A stretch of DNA of 42,086 nucleotides. It comes from Octopus bimaculoides. Lineage: Eukaryota. The translations under genes were made by a program, and so were the position numbers. The stretch is from contig NC_068989.1 in NCBI RefSeq assembly GCF_001194135.2, positions 76,610,607 through 76,652,692 on the forward strand. Reading direction: 5' to 3'. This document shows positions 22,812-36,378 of the stretch, one piece after another. The notes beneath the pieces are model-generated. The model saw nothing but the letters and a program-made list of their open reading frames with translations, was not told the origin of the DNA and did not search any database. Within the stretch, counting starts at the first letter, position 1, and each line of letters starts with the position of its first letter.

Positions 22812-23130
22812 TAGACAGGTATTTAAATATATGTATGTATATATGTATATGTGTTTTTATGAGTGTGCGTGTTATGTTCAACCATATATTCAGATGCATA
22901 TGTACTGTTCCTCGGCTTTGTACTCTGATATTATAGTGCAGACTTGAGATCAACACGGATGTACAACAAGGGACTGTCGTTAAGAGGCACAGTACATCTC
23001 CCGCATCCTTGAGGGCTACTCGGATGTTTGTGAATAGGTTTAGAAAAAGTTAGTACTGGAAACTGAAATATCGTATCTGATGAGATGAAGTGATTGCGTA
23101 TTATGTGAATATCATCCATCAAAATATCAA

Positions 23131-23251
23131 AATATTGGTTTCAAATTTTGGCACAAGGCCAGCAATTTCTGGCGAGTGGGCTAGTCAATTACATCTATTC
23201 CAGTGCTCAATCGGTACCTATTTCATCGGCTCCGAAAGGATGAAATGCAAA
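23131..23251 (-). mobile_element. SINE family B (B2) 3' half
   Basis: tttcaaattttggcacaaggccagcaattt...caattacatc...ccagtgctcaatcggtacctattt...cgaaaggatgaaatgcaaa. Confidence 0.8.
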
Positions 23252-25427
23252 CAAAGATGAGGACAAATATCCGTCAAATGTAAACAATGTAAATAATCGA
23301 TTTCATTGTATATTTTTTCATTTTACATTCGTTTTATGTCTTTTGTCCCCACTGTGGTGTTCTGTCTGTCCTTGTTCTGCCACCTCTGTGTTACAGCCTG
23401 AGTACTGAATAAATGAGAGAGAGATACAGAGAAAATATTGTTACTCTACTCATGAAATATAGTTACCTTTAGGATCCTGAAAAGTACAAATGAAAGCATC
23501 GAATTTAGGTCTGTGAGACGTAATGTATTCATTTTATAGTCTTAACCTTTCAGCTTAGACTGCTTCATATCTTTTTTCCAATCTATATGATTTGTCAACG
23601 TTACCACGCAATTATTGTTGTTCACAAGATGTAATGACAGCTGAAAGCAAAATGATCAGTTTCGAAATTCACTAGCAATGTGTTGGATGGAATAACTTTC
23701 TTGCAAGAATTACGTGAAACAAAACGGTCTGTGCAGCTCCACTGTAAGTGTGCCGTAAATACTGTTCTTTCGACTTCAGATGGCATCAATTGTTTGATCA
23801 ATATATAAGATTTATTGTTATCTGGAACGAAGGTGGATATACTTTATCTAGTTACCGGAGTACCACTGCTGTTTACCAGAAGATTATCTCGATTTATCGT
23901 TGCCGTTACAGTTCGTACTGAAGCCTGTATCCCACACAGCCATGAATTATACAGTATTTTCTATGACGGTCAGTATTTGCTTCTGCATTGTAGAAATATC
24001 TATAGGCATAGGCTTGCGTGGGTTACATTATGCTTTCTGACATGTCCTATTGTTTATTCCAAATTTGTTATAGATAAGGTGGTGACCAGGTACAAAAGAG
24101 AGGATAATAAATAGGCTCCTTACCTCTTTTGGAAAATGTGAGATTGCAGTGCCTTTCAAGGCATATTCAATATGAATCAGCTTGCAAGGGACACCTTCTC
24201 TGCTAAGCTTTGCGGTCTTTAGTCTGTAAATATAATCAACAGCTTTAAGGTTTTGGAATTTTATTGGATTAGGAATATTGTGAATGCGCTATCTGCACTA
24301 GAAAACAAGATATACGCATTAAAAGAACTCCTTCTAAGCAGGAATAGTCCATAAACACTCTCCCTATGTAGATAAACAGAAAACGTTACAACGGCATGCA
24401 TAGAGGAAACTTCAATGTCAGATACACACTAGCATATACATTCAGGAACATAACTTAAAAAAAAATTGCAACGTCCCTTTCGAAACATATATTAGGATTA
24501 AAAAACCTAGTATAACTGCAAATATAGGCAAAACGATGTCGAGCAGCATTACACATACATGGTCGTTGCATCTGTACCCTATGCACAACAGAATAATATT
24601 AATAATCACACAAAATTCACACATTGTAAGCAAGAGGAATGAAGACAATATCACAGTGAAGACAATGCGGCAGAGACAAAGACAGGGACAGAGAGGTACA
24701 GACTCACACACAAAGACACACATTCACACACGCACATGCGCACACATACACACCCTCTCTTTCTTAGCTACAAAGCATGAAAACTCGCATACAAAACTAT
24801 AATTCAAATTACGTTTATTCTTCAATAAATTTTGCTAAGTTCATAATACGTATTGTTGTGTATACATACGCGCACACACACACACACACACGCACACACA
24901 CACACACATACACGCACACGCACACACATTAGGAATTATAAATATTCTAGTCATATCCAATAAACTTGACATGCAATAGCAAATATGAATAGATTTCCAC
25001 GTAAGCGACCACACTCCCAAAACACGGACGACCAGCCCAGCCTGAAACATGCACCCCATAAACTCTAATCTATAAACTTACACTCGCTCACAAAACATCT
25101 TACACGAAAGAACAATCCATATCAAGATTTACAGTGGAACTCACTCACGAACAAATATTAGTACCTTATAAGAAAATCATGAACTAAACAGCGGTTACTA
25201 AACCTAGAATGAATAAGCGAATTTAAAGCATGACGTCATTCAGCACAGAAGAGGCTGAAGAATAGTAGCCAATCGCCTAATGCAAATGGCAGAAAACATG
25301 AACAGATACAAGCACGAGGCCGACCCTCTCCATGCGAGTGTAGATTCCATAAATACCATAAGTGATTTATAACACCTCTGGCCTGTAATCGCTGTGTAAA
25401 TTGCGAGATTAAAATTCACTGTCGATA

Positions 25428-25522
25428 ATGTATACACACACACACACATACATACGTAGGTTCATACATACACACACATACACACACACACACACACATA
25501 CATACGTAGGTTCATACATACA

Positions 25523-25580
<58 letters not shown>

Positions 25581-25861
25581 NNNNNNNNNNNNNNNNNNNN
25601 NNNNNNNNNNNNNNNNNNNNNNNNNNNNNNNNNNNNNNNNNNNNNNNNNNNNNNNNNNNNNNNNNNNNNNNNNNNNNNNNNNNNNNNNNNNNNNNNNNNN
25701 NNNNNNNNNNNNNNNNNNNNNNNNNNNNNNNNNNNNNNNNNNNNNNNNNNNNNNNNNNNNNNNNNNNNNNNNNNNNNNNNNNNNNNNNNNNNNNNNNNNN
25801 NNNNNNNNNNNNNNNNNNNNNNNNNNNNNNNNNNACACACACACACACACACACGCACACA

Positions 25862-25914
<53 letters not shown>

Positions 25915-25938
25915 GTATATACACAAATATATATATGA

Positions 25939-25988
<50 letters not shown>

Positions 25989-26045
25989 ATATCTATCTAT
26001 CTGTCTATCTATCTATACGTATGTATGTATGTATGTATGTATGAA
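25428..26045. repeat. (CA)n / gap / (TA)n(TATC)n(TATG)n compound microsatellite
   Basis: Direct reading; N-run 25581-25834. Confidence 0.9.
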
Positions 26046-26842
26046 TGACTACATAAGATAACTTTGCGTCAGGAATTTCGAAAGATATCAACTATAATAA
26101 TTACCCCTTTGTTATCAGCAATATGATTGATATAAGATCAAGTGAAGGCTACAAAATAACTGAAGTATTAAAAGCTCTCTTTATTTCTTTTAACTTTGTT
26201 TGTGTTATTAATATCTCCCGATAAGTTAACAGCGTGTTAAGCGTTAATTGTGTAAAAAGTCATGTTGAAAATAAGTTATATATAAATAGCTAACGTGATG
26301 TCAAAATTCAATTTGGTCTTCAAAAGGTTTTGAGTTCTAAACTGTAGCCTGAGAAAGTGACGAATATTGGGAAAATTGTGGGATATACGTTTGATATAGT
26401 GTCTTATCCTAGAATTACATAATATAATCAAAGAAATATTATCTGCTGCTATGTAATTGATCGAAATAAAGAGAAACAAGATATGTATTAGATAAATATG
26501 CCCTCAATTGTGTTTCAGCGGATAAAAGACAATTTGTAATAAGCCTGGGCTGTAATTGTATTGTACAACCTGAAGTTCGTTGCTTCTAATAATATAAAGA
26601 GAAAAATATATTCATTGGCCTGATAGAGAAGAAAATTTTCCGGGAAGATCTATAACAGACATGTTAGATAAAACACATCAGTAACGCGATTTGGTATTAT
26701 ATCTATCTAATATAGCAAACTCTGTCTATCTGTCTCTTTCTCCATCTCTCTATCTATTTTCAATATCTCTCTATGTATAAACATACGTATGCAGGTATCT
26801 ATGCCATATAAGTGAATTTAGTAGGCGATACATGTATGCAAG

Positions 26843-26902
<60 letters not shown>

Positions 26903-27375
26903 TGTGTGTGTATGTGTGTGCGTGTAGATATAATATATATGCATATATATATATNNNNNNNNNNNNNNNNNNNNNNNNNNNNNNNNNNNNNNNNNNNNNN
27001 NNNNNNNNNNNNNNNNNNNNNNNNNNNNNNNNNNNNNNNNNNNNNNNNNNNNNNNNNNNNNNNNNNNNNNNNNNNNNNNNNNNNNNNNNNNNNNNNNNNN
27101 NNNNNNNNNNNNNNNNNNNNNNNNNNNNNNNNNNNNNNNNNNNNNNNNNNNNNNNNNNNNNNNNNNNNNNNNNNNNNNNNNNNNNNNNNNNNNNNNNNNN
27201 NNNNNNNNNNNNNNNNNNNNNNNNNNNNNNNNNNNNNNNNNNNNNNNNNNNNNNNNNNNNNNNNNNNNNNNNNNNNNNNNNNNNNNNNNNNNNNNNNNNN
27301 NNNNNNNNNNNNNNNNNNNNNNNNNNNNNNNNNNNNNNNNNNNNNNNNNNNNNNNNNNNNNNNNNNNNNNNNNNN

Positions 27376-27416
<41 letters not shown>

Positions 27417-27419
<3 letters not shown>

Positions 27420-27548
27420 GACGGGCTTGTTTCAGTGTCCGTCTGCCAAATTCTTTCACAAGACTTGTGGTCGGCCCGAGGCTATAGTATAGGACACTTG
27501 CCCAAGTTGCCACGCAGTGGGACTGAACCTGGAACCATGTGTACCACA
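27417..27548 (-). mobile_element. SINE family A head half, emerging from a gap at its internal (TA)n
   Basis: acgacgggcttgtttcagtgtccgtctgcc...gacacttgcccaag..gccacgcagtgggactgaacc.ggaaccatgtg. Confidence 0.85.
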
Positions 27549-28180
27549 TTTATGATTCAGAGACTAAAAGATATAACATCCAACAGAAGCATCCTGGCCC
27601 CTCCAAACCCAATAAGGTAAGGTATTGGAAGTTCACCCGGAAGTTCATGATGATTCCCTATTTTGACAGCAAGGGCGTTCTACATCCAGTGGGATTCCTC
27701 TTGCTAGACAGTGAACAAATGGTACTTTAGGGAGGTTTTGACGTTGTTCAAGTAGAGATTTACCTGCAAATGGTCGGAGCTCTACCACGCGATGGTATCT
27801 GGGCCAGGAAAATATATCTGTCAACAATTCGATCCTAGTGTCCAACTACTTAACATAGATGGGTATCAAAACTGTCGCTAACCCCTTAACAGGCAAGACG
27901 TTGCTCTCTGTGACTTTTAAGTGTTCCCCAAACTGAAGGAGAACCTCAGTCACAATCGTTTCGAAGACTGAGATTATGGAGGACACTATGTGAAGGGTCC
28001 GGGACACATTCACTTTGGATGACTGACTTTCATGCAGTTTCATGAAGTGGCTCGAGTATTACAAGTGCTTTCAAGTCAGACGATCCTATTTTGAAGGAAA
28101 TTATTGTTTCTTTTACTTCATTGATATTAATAAAATGTCTCTCCTGGTAGAACCCCAACATTTCTGCAATGAACCTTATA
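27549..28180 (+). mobile_element. Mariner (DD34D-type) transposase pseudogene, 5'-truncated, with possible 3' TIR
   Basis: YDSETKR...KHPG.SKP.KVR...KFMMIPYFDSKG (cf. YDPETKRQS...K.MM..FFD.KG), then GQENISVNNSILVSNYLT*MGIKTV and ALCDF*VFPKLKENL (cf. HQDNA...PYSPDLAPCDFWLFPKLK), later KWLEYYKC..VR..YFEG. Many stops and frameshifts. A TIR-like end reads ...gaacctta|TA at about 28171-28180. Confidence 0.85.
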
Positions 28181-30360
28181 TATTTAGCTTTACTTGCTTA
28201 AATGTTTTTCCAGAGAACGGTGAAATTTCACTTGCCATCTTCATTGTGTTTAAGTGTTCTTATGAGACTTGTAGAGTTTTTTGGGTATTCTTTATTCAGT
28301 TGACACATTTCTTCAGCATAAACTCATAGGATAGCTGAAAATTAGCTTTGCGTGATGTTGCAGGTATTCGACATTTTTTGTATCAGAGTATGGTGTTATG
28401 GACTTATAGTTTAATTCTAGTTCTGAAACAGTACGCTTGTGATACATCGATCTTCTAAATCTTACATCTTTTACATCAGAACATCAACGAATGATAGCCG
28501 GTCGTCACTTAAACAGCTTTCATGTACATCTACAGAACGTGAATATTTTCGTTGTTGCTAGAGTACAAAAATACAATCCCTATGTTCACAATCAACTAAC
28601 AGTAATGAATATTGTACTTTGTACTTTCTAGAGCCGTTTCTTCCACAAAGATCTTTGGCATTACTTGTAATAATGGTGAACCCATAGCAATATCTCTTTA
28701 CCTCGTTACTAATTTTAATTATCGATTTGTACATTAGTTGTTCTTAGGCACAATCTTAATAAAAATAAATTGATATTTTATTGCGTTAATGGCGATGTTA
28801 TTTGTCATTTTATAGTCTGTTTCTGACAAGTGACAATGCTTCGTGTGTTGCAAAATTGTAAATAAAACCAACATATCAAAGTCGAACATTTGCAGGACTT
28901 GATTCTGATAGTCTGCATTTGTTCAACTAATTCTACTGAATTTATTGCTTCTGTAAAAATTCTATTAATGGTTCGAGAGTTCTAACCAGGCGGCGGCAGC
29001 ATAGAATCTGCTATGCTGAATCTCCATTATGGAAGATAATTGAAATCCTAGCTTTACGTAATTTTGAATAATCATACACAAACATTATGAGGCAAGTAGT
29101 TGCTATTATTTAGTCCCCGTTGAATTCTAATTGACCAAATATATTATAGAAGGTATTCCACCCGCAACCACCCTTTCTCTACATTCTCTAATGCACTCTT
29201 TTCTCAACTCACTACCCACAGAAATGTAGGGGTTTGACATAAGAGAGATTTAGCTGTTATGTCTAGTATCATTCAGAAGAGCACATTATATGGTGTAAGA
29301 CACTACGGTGGTATAAGTGACCATCAGAGATTAAACTAGAAGCACAGCATAAATAAAAGAAATTGTTTCCTCTGTAAAAGATGAGGTCTAAAAAACTATG
29401 TCAGACATTTAGAAATTAACCAGGTATAAGTAACGCCTCGAAGGTTGTTTAAAAAAGCAAGAGACAAACCTCTGACAGAAAGATTTCCTTCTTATGTCAT
29501 CACCCTTTATTCTATCTACAGATAAAATTCTAAGAATTCAGAATGAGGAATAGGAAGCCTAGCATGCGCTTCTCAGTAAATATCCTAACCACTAAGACGC
29601 GCGCCTTCACTATTCGCCGAAAACACATTGGTTGAAAATATATTGACCAGAAGACAAATTTGTTGAAAATGATTTATAAGAAAATATATTCGTAGGGAAA
29701 TAAATTCAGTGGTATCAAAGTGATCGAAATCATCGTCGAAGAAAAGGTAGGTATTCATCAAAATCTTAATATTTCTAAAGGAAATAAAGAAAATATTCAA
29801 ATAAACTTCAATGGTTCATTGATATTTGAATCAACTGCATATTTTAAAGTTTGTCAATGTGGAGATTTAAAATATGTAAATAAGCTTATACGTAATCTAC
29901 ATAATTTGATCGCCGGTCGAGGAAATAAGGATAAAAATATTCTTAATGTCCTAAAAAAGATATACTATATATATGATAATTGAGGTGGTTTACTAAAGTT
30001 TCAGTTAGGCATTCATATCCGTTCAATTACTCCTGCCGTGTGCCTGTATTAGAAACTTACAGCAAACTTGCAGAAAATTGCAGCAAACTGCACGACAGTG
30101 GTTTCAGGTTTGGCATGCAGACCATCATATAACTTGTTTGACATTGCGTTTTTATTCTTCTCGTCAGTTTTATTTTGACATGCACATTGTATGTTCTTAC
30201 TTCTTTTTCCGGTTATAACTCAAAACTGTATACAGATCACAACCATCTTCCGAGAATGCTTTCGTGAGGAGCACGAAGCGCTCCGATGGTTGTGTGGTAA
30301 GCCTTTCAAAATTCGGCACCGGGCCAACAGCTTTAATGGTGACGAGAAGTCGATTTCATC

Positions 30361-30500
30361 CACCACAGTACTTAAGTGTTTGTTACTTATTTTAATGACA
30401 CCAAAAGGAAGGAAAGTAAAGTCGACTTTCGCGGAATTAGACCTCCGAACTTAAGAAGGGAGGAAATATCGCCAAAACTTTTGTCCAGCGTGCCAACGCT
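30361..30500 (-). mobile_element. SINE family B, degenerate
   Basis: tacttatttt...aaaggaaggaaagtaaagtcgactttcgcggaatt...cgtgccaacgcttct. Confidence 0.65.
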
Positions 30501-30502
30501 TC

Positions 30503-30726
30503 TTATTTCTTTATTGCCCACAAGGGTCTAAACATAGAGTGGACAAACAAAAGGATTAAGCCGATTACATCGACCCCAGTGCGCAACTGGTACTTATTTA
30601 ATCGACGCCGAAAGGATGAAAGGCAAAGTTGACTTCGGCGGAATTTGAAATCAGAACGTAACTGCACACGAAACACGGTTAAGCATTTCGCCTGGCGTGC
30701 TAACGTTTCTGCCAGCTAATCGCCTT
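30503..30726 (-). mobile_element. SINE family B, full length, third tail variant
   Basis: gattacatcgaccccagtgcgcaactggtacttattttaatcgacgccgaaaggatgaaaggcaaagttgac...gtgctaacgtttctgccagctaatcgcctt. Confidence 0.9.
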
Positions 30727-31018
30727 AGTGTTACAGCGAATAATTACAAATTTAATAGCTTGTAGAGTGATTAACTGGAGCAGTGTGGCTCGGAATAATC
30801 TACGGCACTGTCTTACGTATCTTTAGAGACAGCGATTAAATTCCGGTATTGTCAACTTTGCTTGTCATCTTTCATGGATCACTAGATTACGTACAAGCGA
30901 AATAATGTATTATGCGTGGAGTGTGGTCTAATCAACCATACTTCGCATATAAAGCATGCATTCGTGTGTTTATGCTACAAGTTTGTGTTAATATTTTACG
31001 TAATTGTCTCTGTCTTCA

Positions 31019-31160
31019 TTTTCTGAGTTCAAATTCCACCGAGGTCGATTTTGCCTTTCACCCTTTCGACGTCGATAAAATAATAAGCATTTAATCATCG
31101 GGGTAATCGATTACGCCTCCTCCGAAATTGCTGGCCTTGTGCAAAATTTGAAATTATTAT
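31019..31160 (+). mobile_element. SINE family B (B2) 3' part
   Basis: ttctgagttcaaattccaccgaggtcgattttgcctttcaccctttcg...gctggccttgtgcaaaatttgaaattattat. Confidence 0.85.
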
Positions 31161-31271
31161 AATACATGACGAACATACACATACACACATTCACACACAC
31201 ACGTGAAAATTATAACAACTTACGAATATTTCTCTTGACGTAACGTAGTAGATCCAGAGAGAAAGAAAAAA

Positions 31272-31275
<4 letters not shown>

Positions 31276-31342
<67 letters not shown>
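31276..31342 (+). repeat. (GA)n microsatellite
   Basis: Direct reading. Confidence 0.95.
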
Positions 31343-31347
<5 letters not shown>

Positions 31348-32181
31348 AGAAAGAATAGTAGATCCTAGTACTTGACCGGAACTTCGAAGGGATTAAAGAA
31401 AATACTGGTCATAGTGTGCCTGATATTAGTACCAAGATATCCGGTACTAAGACGTTAAAGCATTCTGGCCGACTCTGCTAAATCACTGCCATCAAATACA
31501 TCCAAACAGATCAGAATAGAAGGGACATTTAACAATGTTGTTAGAGTTACACCATGGCTGAAGAAATGAATTAGATGGTCATATTTAGAACGCCGGTAGA
31601 AGTATTTGACCTTTCGTAAGTGGACAACAATATAGTTTTCTATTACGCCAAATCTACTGAAGCTTTATTATCCTGTTTGTCTCATTAATTATCCTTTAAG
31701 TGAATGAAAGCAGTTAACCATTTCAAGAATAATAAAAATAAAAAAAAACCTTCGATAAAGACGCCTGTCTGTAGTACTCACCTGTCTGTCATCTCATGGA
31801 GATACCTGCAAGGTGTCTCGTCTAACAGTCCTGTCAATCCAATTCCCTCGGCAGATACAGTTACCCTCCACCCAGAAGGATAAAAAGCAAGATTGCCCTT
31901 GCTGGGATTTGGACTCAGTACTGGGAGGGTTCGAACATATATAGCGAAGCCTTTCTAATGCCTGACAATTCACCACCTATTTACAACTCTAGAGTATGAA
32001 TGTAGATTATAATAGGTTTCTAGAGAGGGAGGGAGAGAGANNNNNNNNNNNNNNNNNNNNNNNNNNNNNNNNNNNNNNNNNNNNNNNNNNNNNNNNNNNN
32101 NNNNNNNNNNNNNNNNNNNNNNNNNNNNNNNNNNNNNNNNNNNNNNNNNNNNNNNNNNNNNNNNNNNNNNNNNNNNNNNNN

Positions 32182-32215
<34 letters not shown>

Positions 32216-32685
32216 AGTGAATGAGAGTCACAGAGCGAGAAATAAAAAGTGAGAGATATAGAAGGCTAGCTAGCATGTACAATACGATGTTGTGCTGAAT
32301 AGAATAAGAAATATGTTAAATGTGAATTAGACTCTGAAAGCAGATGCAAAGCGTGTGTATGTGTGTGTATGTGTGTTTGTGTGTGTGTGTGTGTGGGGGG
32401 GTCGCTGGTGTGGCGTCGTTTGACATGATAGGACGAGTAACGAAATTAGCCGATAATCATATCGAACTTTGTTTAAAAAAGAGAAAGAACAAATTCGATA
32501 ATGTGATCCTGGATACAGTATATCTGAAAACCATAGGACACTATAGATTCAGCTGTAAAGTGTTTGATCATAAATCTGTCTTCTCGATCAGAGTTGACCG
32601 GAAGAGTTATGCAAAAAAAAAAAAAAAAAAAAAAAANNNNNNNNNNNNNNNNNNNNNNNNNNNNNNNNNNNNNNNNAAACCCCAG

Positions 32686-32830
32686 AACAATAACAACAAC
32701 AGCGACATCTATAATGACTAGGATGACAACAACAGCAACAACTACAACAAAAGCAGCTACAATAATATCAACTACAAAAATGACAACTAGAGTAACAACA
32801 ACCACATTTACAACAACAACAACAACAGCA
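32686..32830 (+). repeat. Degenerate (AAC)n low-complexity tract
   Basis: Direct reading; source of the poly-T/V ORFs 32473-32923. Confidence 0.85.
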
Positions 32831-33133
32831 ACGGTACGTTTCCGATTTACTTTACCGATATGTCCTGTTCTCCAGTTTCTCCTGGTAAAAAATATAAATT
32901 CTCTTTTCCACACATCACACTAAGTTATTGTATGCTATGAACTTTATTTAACGGAATGAATTATTAACTTAAGGCTAGACAGGAATAAATAACACTGGAA
33001 ATAAATATAAAATGTTAAGGCGAAATATATTGATACATAAATCTAATAAAATAGATTAAATTCGTACCATAAGCTAAAAAAAAGAAATATATTTCTGTTG
33101 CGTAATGTATAAGTAACTATTATGTATGTGTCG

Positions 33134-33190
<57 letters not shown>

Positions 33191-34099
33191 NNNNNNNNNN
33201 NNNNNNNNNNNNNNNNNNNNNNNNNNNNNNNNNNNNNNNNNNNNNNNNNNNNNNNNNNNNNNNNNNNNNNNNNNNNNNNNNNNNNNNNNNNNNNNNNNNN
33301 NNNNNNNNNNNNNNNNNNNNNNNNNNNNNNNNNNNNNNNNNNNNNNNNNNNNNNNNNNNNNNNNNNNNNNNNNNNNNNNNNNNNNNNNNNNNNNNNNNNN
33401 NNNNNNNNNNNNNNNTACATATCGATTTAATGTAAAACATATAATTCAATGTAACATTTTAAAGATACTTAATAAGACTAAATATGATGAAAATTCAGTT
33501 AAGCCTAACTTCTGACAATTTCGGAATTGGAAAGTCTCTTTTCAATTGATAATGATTAAGAAACTCAAAAGAATAATATAAAGAATCAGCAACAAGATTA
33601 GATTATTTTTACATTCTTATTCAGAATTAAGATCATTTGTTAATGATTAAGAATGCTATGTCTTTATTCGTGTGTTTGTTCTATGTTCGGTGTGTGTTTG
33701 TTTACATTATTTATGTGTTCGTATGTGTATGTGAGCTCATTGTTATTCGTTCTTTTCTTAATCGTTTATTGTTTCGATTTATTTAGCTATGTCCCATGGT
33801 GAGACAGTCATAAAATACACGATTTTTCCCTTATCGGTTGTATAATACCAGCTTGGTCAAAGTGTTGAATCTTAAACGCTATACTACTTATTACAGCAGT
33901 CATTGCTTTCATCGTTGTACTCAAGTACATCAACTATAGTACTTCTGCTTGGTATTTACGTTATTAAGTGCGGGAGAAGAGGGAAAAAGTCTAGTCGAGT
34001 AGGCCTAAAGAGAAGCGAATAAAGACGATCGAAATACAGGGTAACGTTGTGTCCGTAATATGCATTCAAATGTTTTGCTAATGTAATAATCTTTCGTCT

Positions 34100-34341
34100 A
34101 TTACTTCTTTCACTAATAATACAGCGGCCATGCTCGGGCCCCACCTTGAAGGGTTTTAGTCAAGCAAATTGGCCACAGTGATGATTCATTTTTAAGCCTG
34201 GTATTACTTTCATTGGTCGCTTTCGTCGGACCACTAAGTTACGAGGACATAAAGTAGCCAACACCAGTTTGTCAACCGATGGGGATAGGTGGACCCAAAC
34301 ACAAAGCCACACACACGAATACACGCACGCACACACACACA

Positions 34342-34378
<37 letters not shown>

Positions 34379-34394
34379 NNNNNNNNNNNNACAT

Positions 34395-34427
<33 letters not shown>

Positions 34428-34591
34428 CACACACGTATACGAAAGGATTCCACATAATTTCCGCCTGTCAAGTTCGCTGATAAGGCATTGGTCAGACTTG
34501 GGTTATAGTAGAAGACATTTAACCAAAATGTCGTGATGTGAGGCTGAACCCAAAACCACATGGCTGCAAAGTGAACTGCTTAACACTGCCA
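34100..34591 (-). mobile_element. SINE family A, diverged; gap in the internal (CA)n
   Basis: gcggccatgct...aagttacgagg...gttatagtagaagaca...gctgaaccc..aaccacatgg. Confidence 0.8.
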
Positions 34592-36083
34592 TCAGTATTG
34601 TTCAGGAGAAAGTGCATCGGTGATCGAAGTCCTATTTTACAATTTTCTGTAACCACTGGAATTAATCATTACTGTCCGTTACAAATGGCTCCTTTCTAAG
34701 TAGTAATTACTTTGGCTTATAGAGTTTTGTTGCATTATTCGTAATATTACTCCTCAGGGAGTCCGCATTAGATTTCCTGGGGTCTACGCAAGTAATGTAT
34801 TTGTTTTGGCTGTCAGCCTAGTTGCATTTAACTGTAAATCTAAGGTGAATAAATTATGATAAATGTGTAACATAGGGTTCTTCCAGAGAAGCACAACAGA
34901 GATAACTTGAAAAGAGGCAGCTGCATCGGTAGAAACTGTACAGGCTTAAGACATAGCTTGCCATTTCAGAGGGGCGGAAGTTGTTTAGGTACAAGAGATA
35001 GAATAGCTAATCTCCAATGCTTGGAGAGTAATGCCGTGGAATTATTCGCCAATTAGTCAACGGTGTTTCTTTTAGGACAGGGTCTCTAGAATAGAGATGC
35101 TAATCTTATCTGCTAAGGAGGGTCACCACAAATATCATAAGGCATAATATCCATTGTTCTAATGATTCTGTCGAAATTAAATTCCTATCAATAAACCCTT
35201 AGGATATCCGAGTTCTGCCGTTTCAAATAATACTCATCTCTACCGAGAAAATTTAAAACTGTTTGGAACACTATCGAATATAAATGAACTCTATTGGTTA
35301 CATCAGAAATCACGTCTCCTAACAGCTTTATGAATTATTTTAATTTACCAGTTTTATTAAATTATTTTTTGCTAATACAGATAACAACTAGTATCCACTC
35401 TCCATTTTATGAGCTCATTCTGAATTACATTGCTACATTCCCTGTGGTGTCCAAACCCTATAATACATTCATATATAATTTATGTATATATGTATGAATG
35501 TGTGTGTGTTTGTGTGTGTGTTTGCGTGTGTGAGTGTGTGTGTGTGTATGTTTGTGAGTGTGTGTATGCATATAATTATTTCATAAAAGAAAATCGATAA
35601 TTTCATATCAGGTTAATAATTAGCTTAAATCTAAAAGATGAAAAGCTTACATTATATTTATGAATTGGTAAATTTAGACATAAATAAATTTAAAACACTT
35701 ACTAATAGAGACATTTTTGCATTACAGTAGAGTCATTTTGACCATTTAAACAGACACAAAGATTTATACAAACCTCATACTCGCATATTTCTGATACTAT
35801 GTGGTATTATTAAATAACGATGTTTCATTCAACATTTACGACTTCGACAGTAATAATTGATTCCCTGGTATTGTGCACGGGTGTAAGTATGTAGTTTAAA
35901 ACTTTATATATAGTTTGGGAAAATTATGTAATGATAAAACTATTTAGTTATTAGCTTAAGTGAATATATACGCGATAAATACGATGCAGTGAAATAGTTG
36001 TAGCCACAATATACGTTCACAGACGGTAGTGGATTGGCTTGGTCGGACAGAAAATGTTCAAGTATTTAGATACAGTCTCATTG

Positions 36084-36311
36084 CTCTTTTACTCTTTTTG
36101 CTTGTTTCAGTCATTTGACTGCGGCCATGCTGGAGCACCGCCTTTAGTCGAGCAAATTGACCCCGGGACTTATTCTTTGTAAGCCTAGTACTTATTCTAT
36201 CGGTCCCCTTTGCCGAACCTCTAAGTTACGGGGACGTAAGCACACCAGCATACGTTGTCAAGCGATGTTGGGGGGGGGGACAAACACAGACACAGAAACA
36301 TATACACACTC

Positions 36312-36378
<67 letters not shown>

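Noticed and set aside
23630-24420. ORF 23815-24114 and weak RT-like words on the minus strand
   Set aside because: No collinear motif set could be assembled in either direction.
28997-29018. 8-bp hairpin cagcatag/ctatgctg
   Set aside because: Too short; expected by chance in 42 kb.
31782-31976. Minus-strand open frame ending at a strong cag|GTGAGT donor
   Set aside because: Its 5' half is a degenerate family B SINE and there is no convincing acceptor or homology.
34900-35300. Faint CR1-like RT words (DANLI..GGS)
   Set aside because: Only one loose motif amid many stops; insufficient to call.
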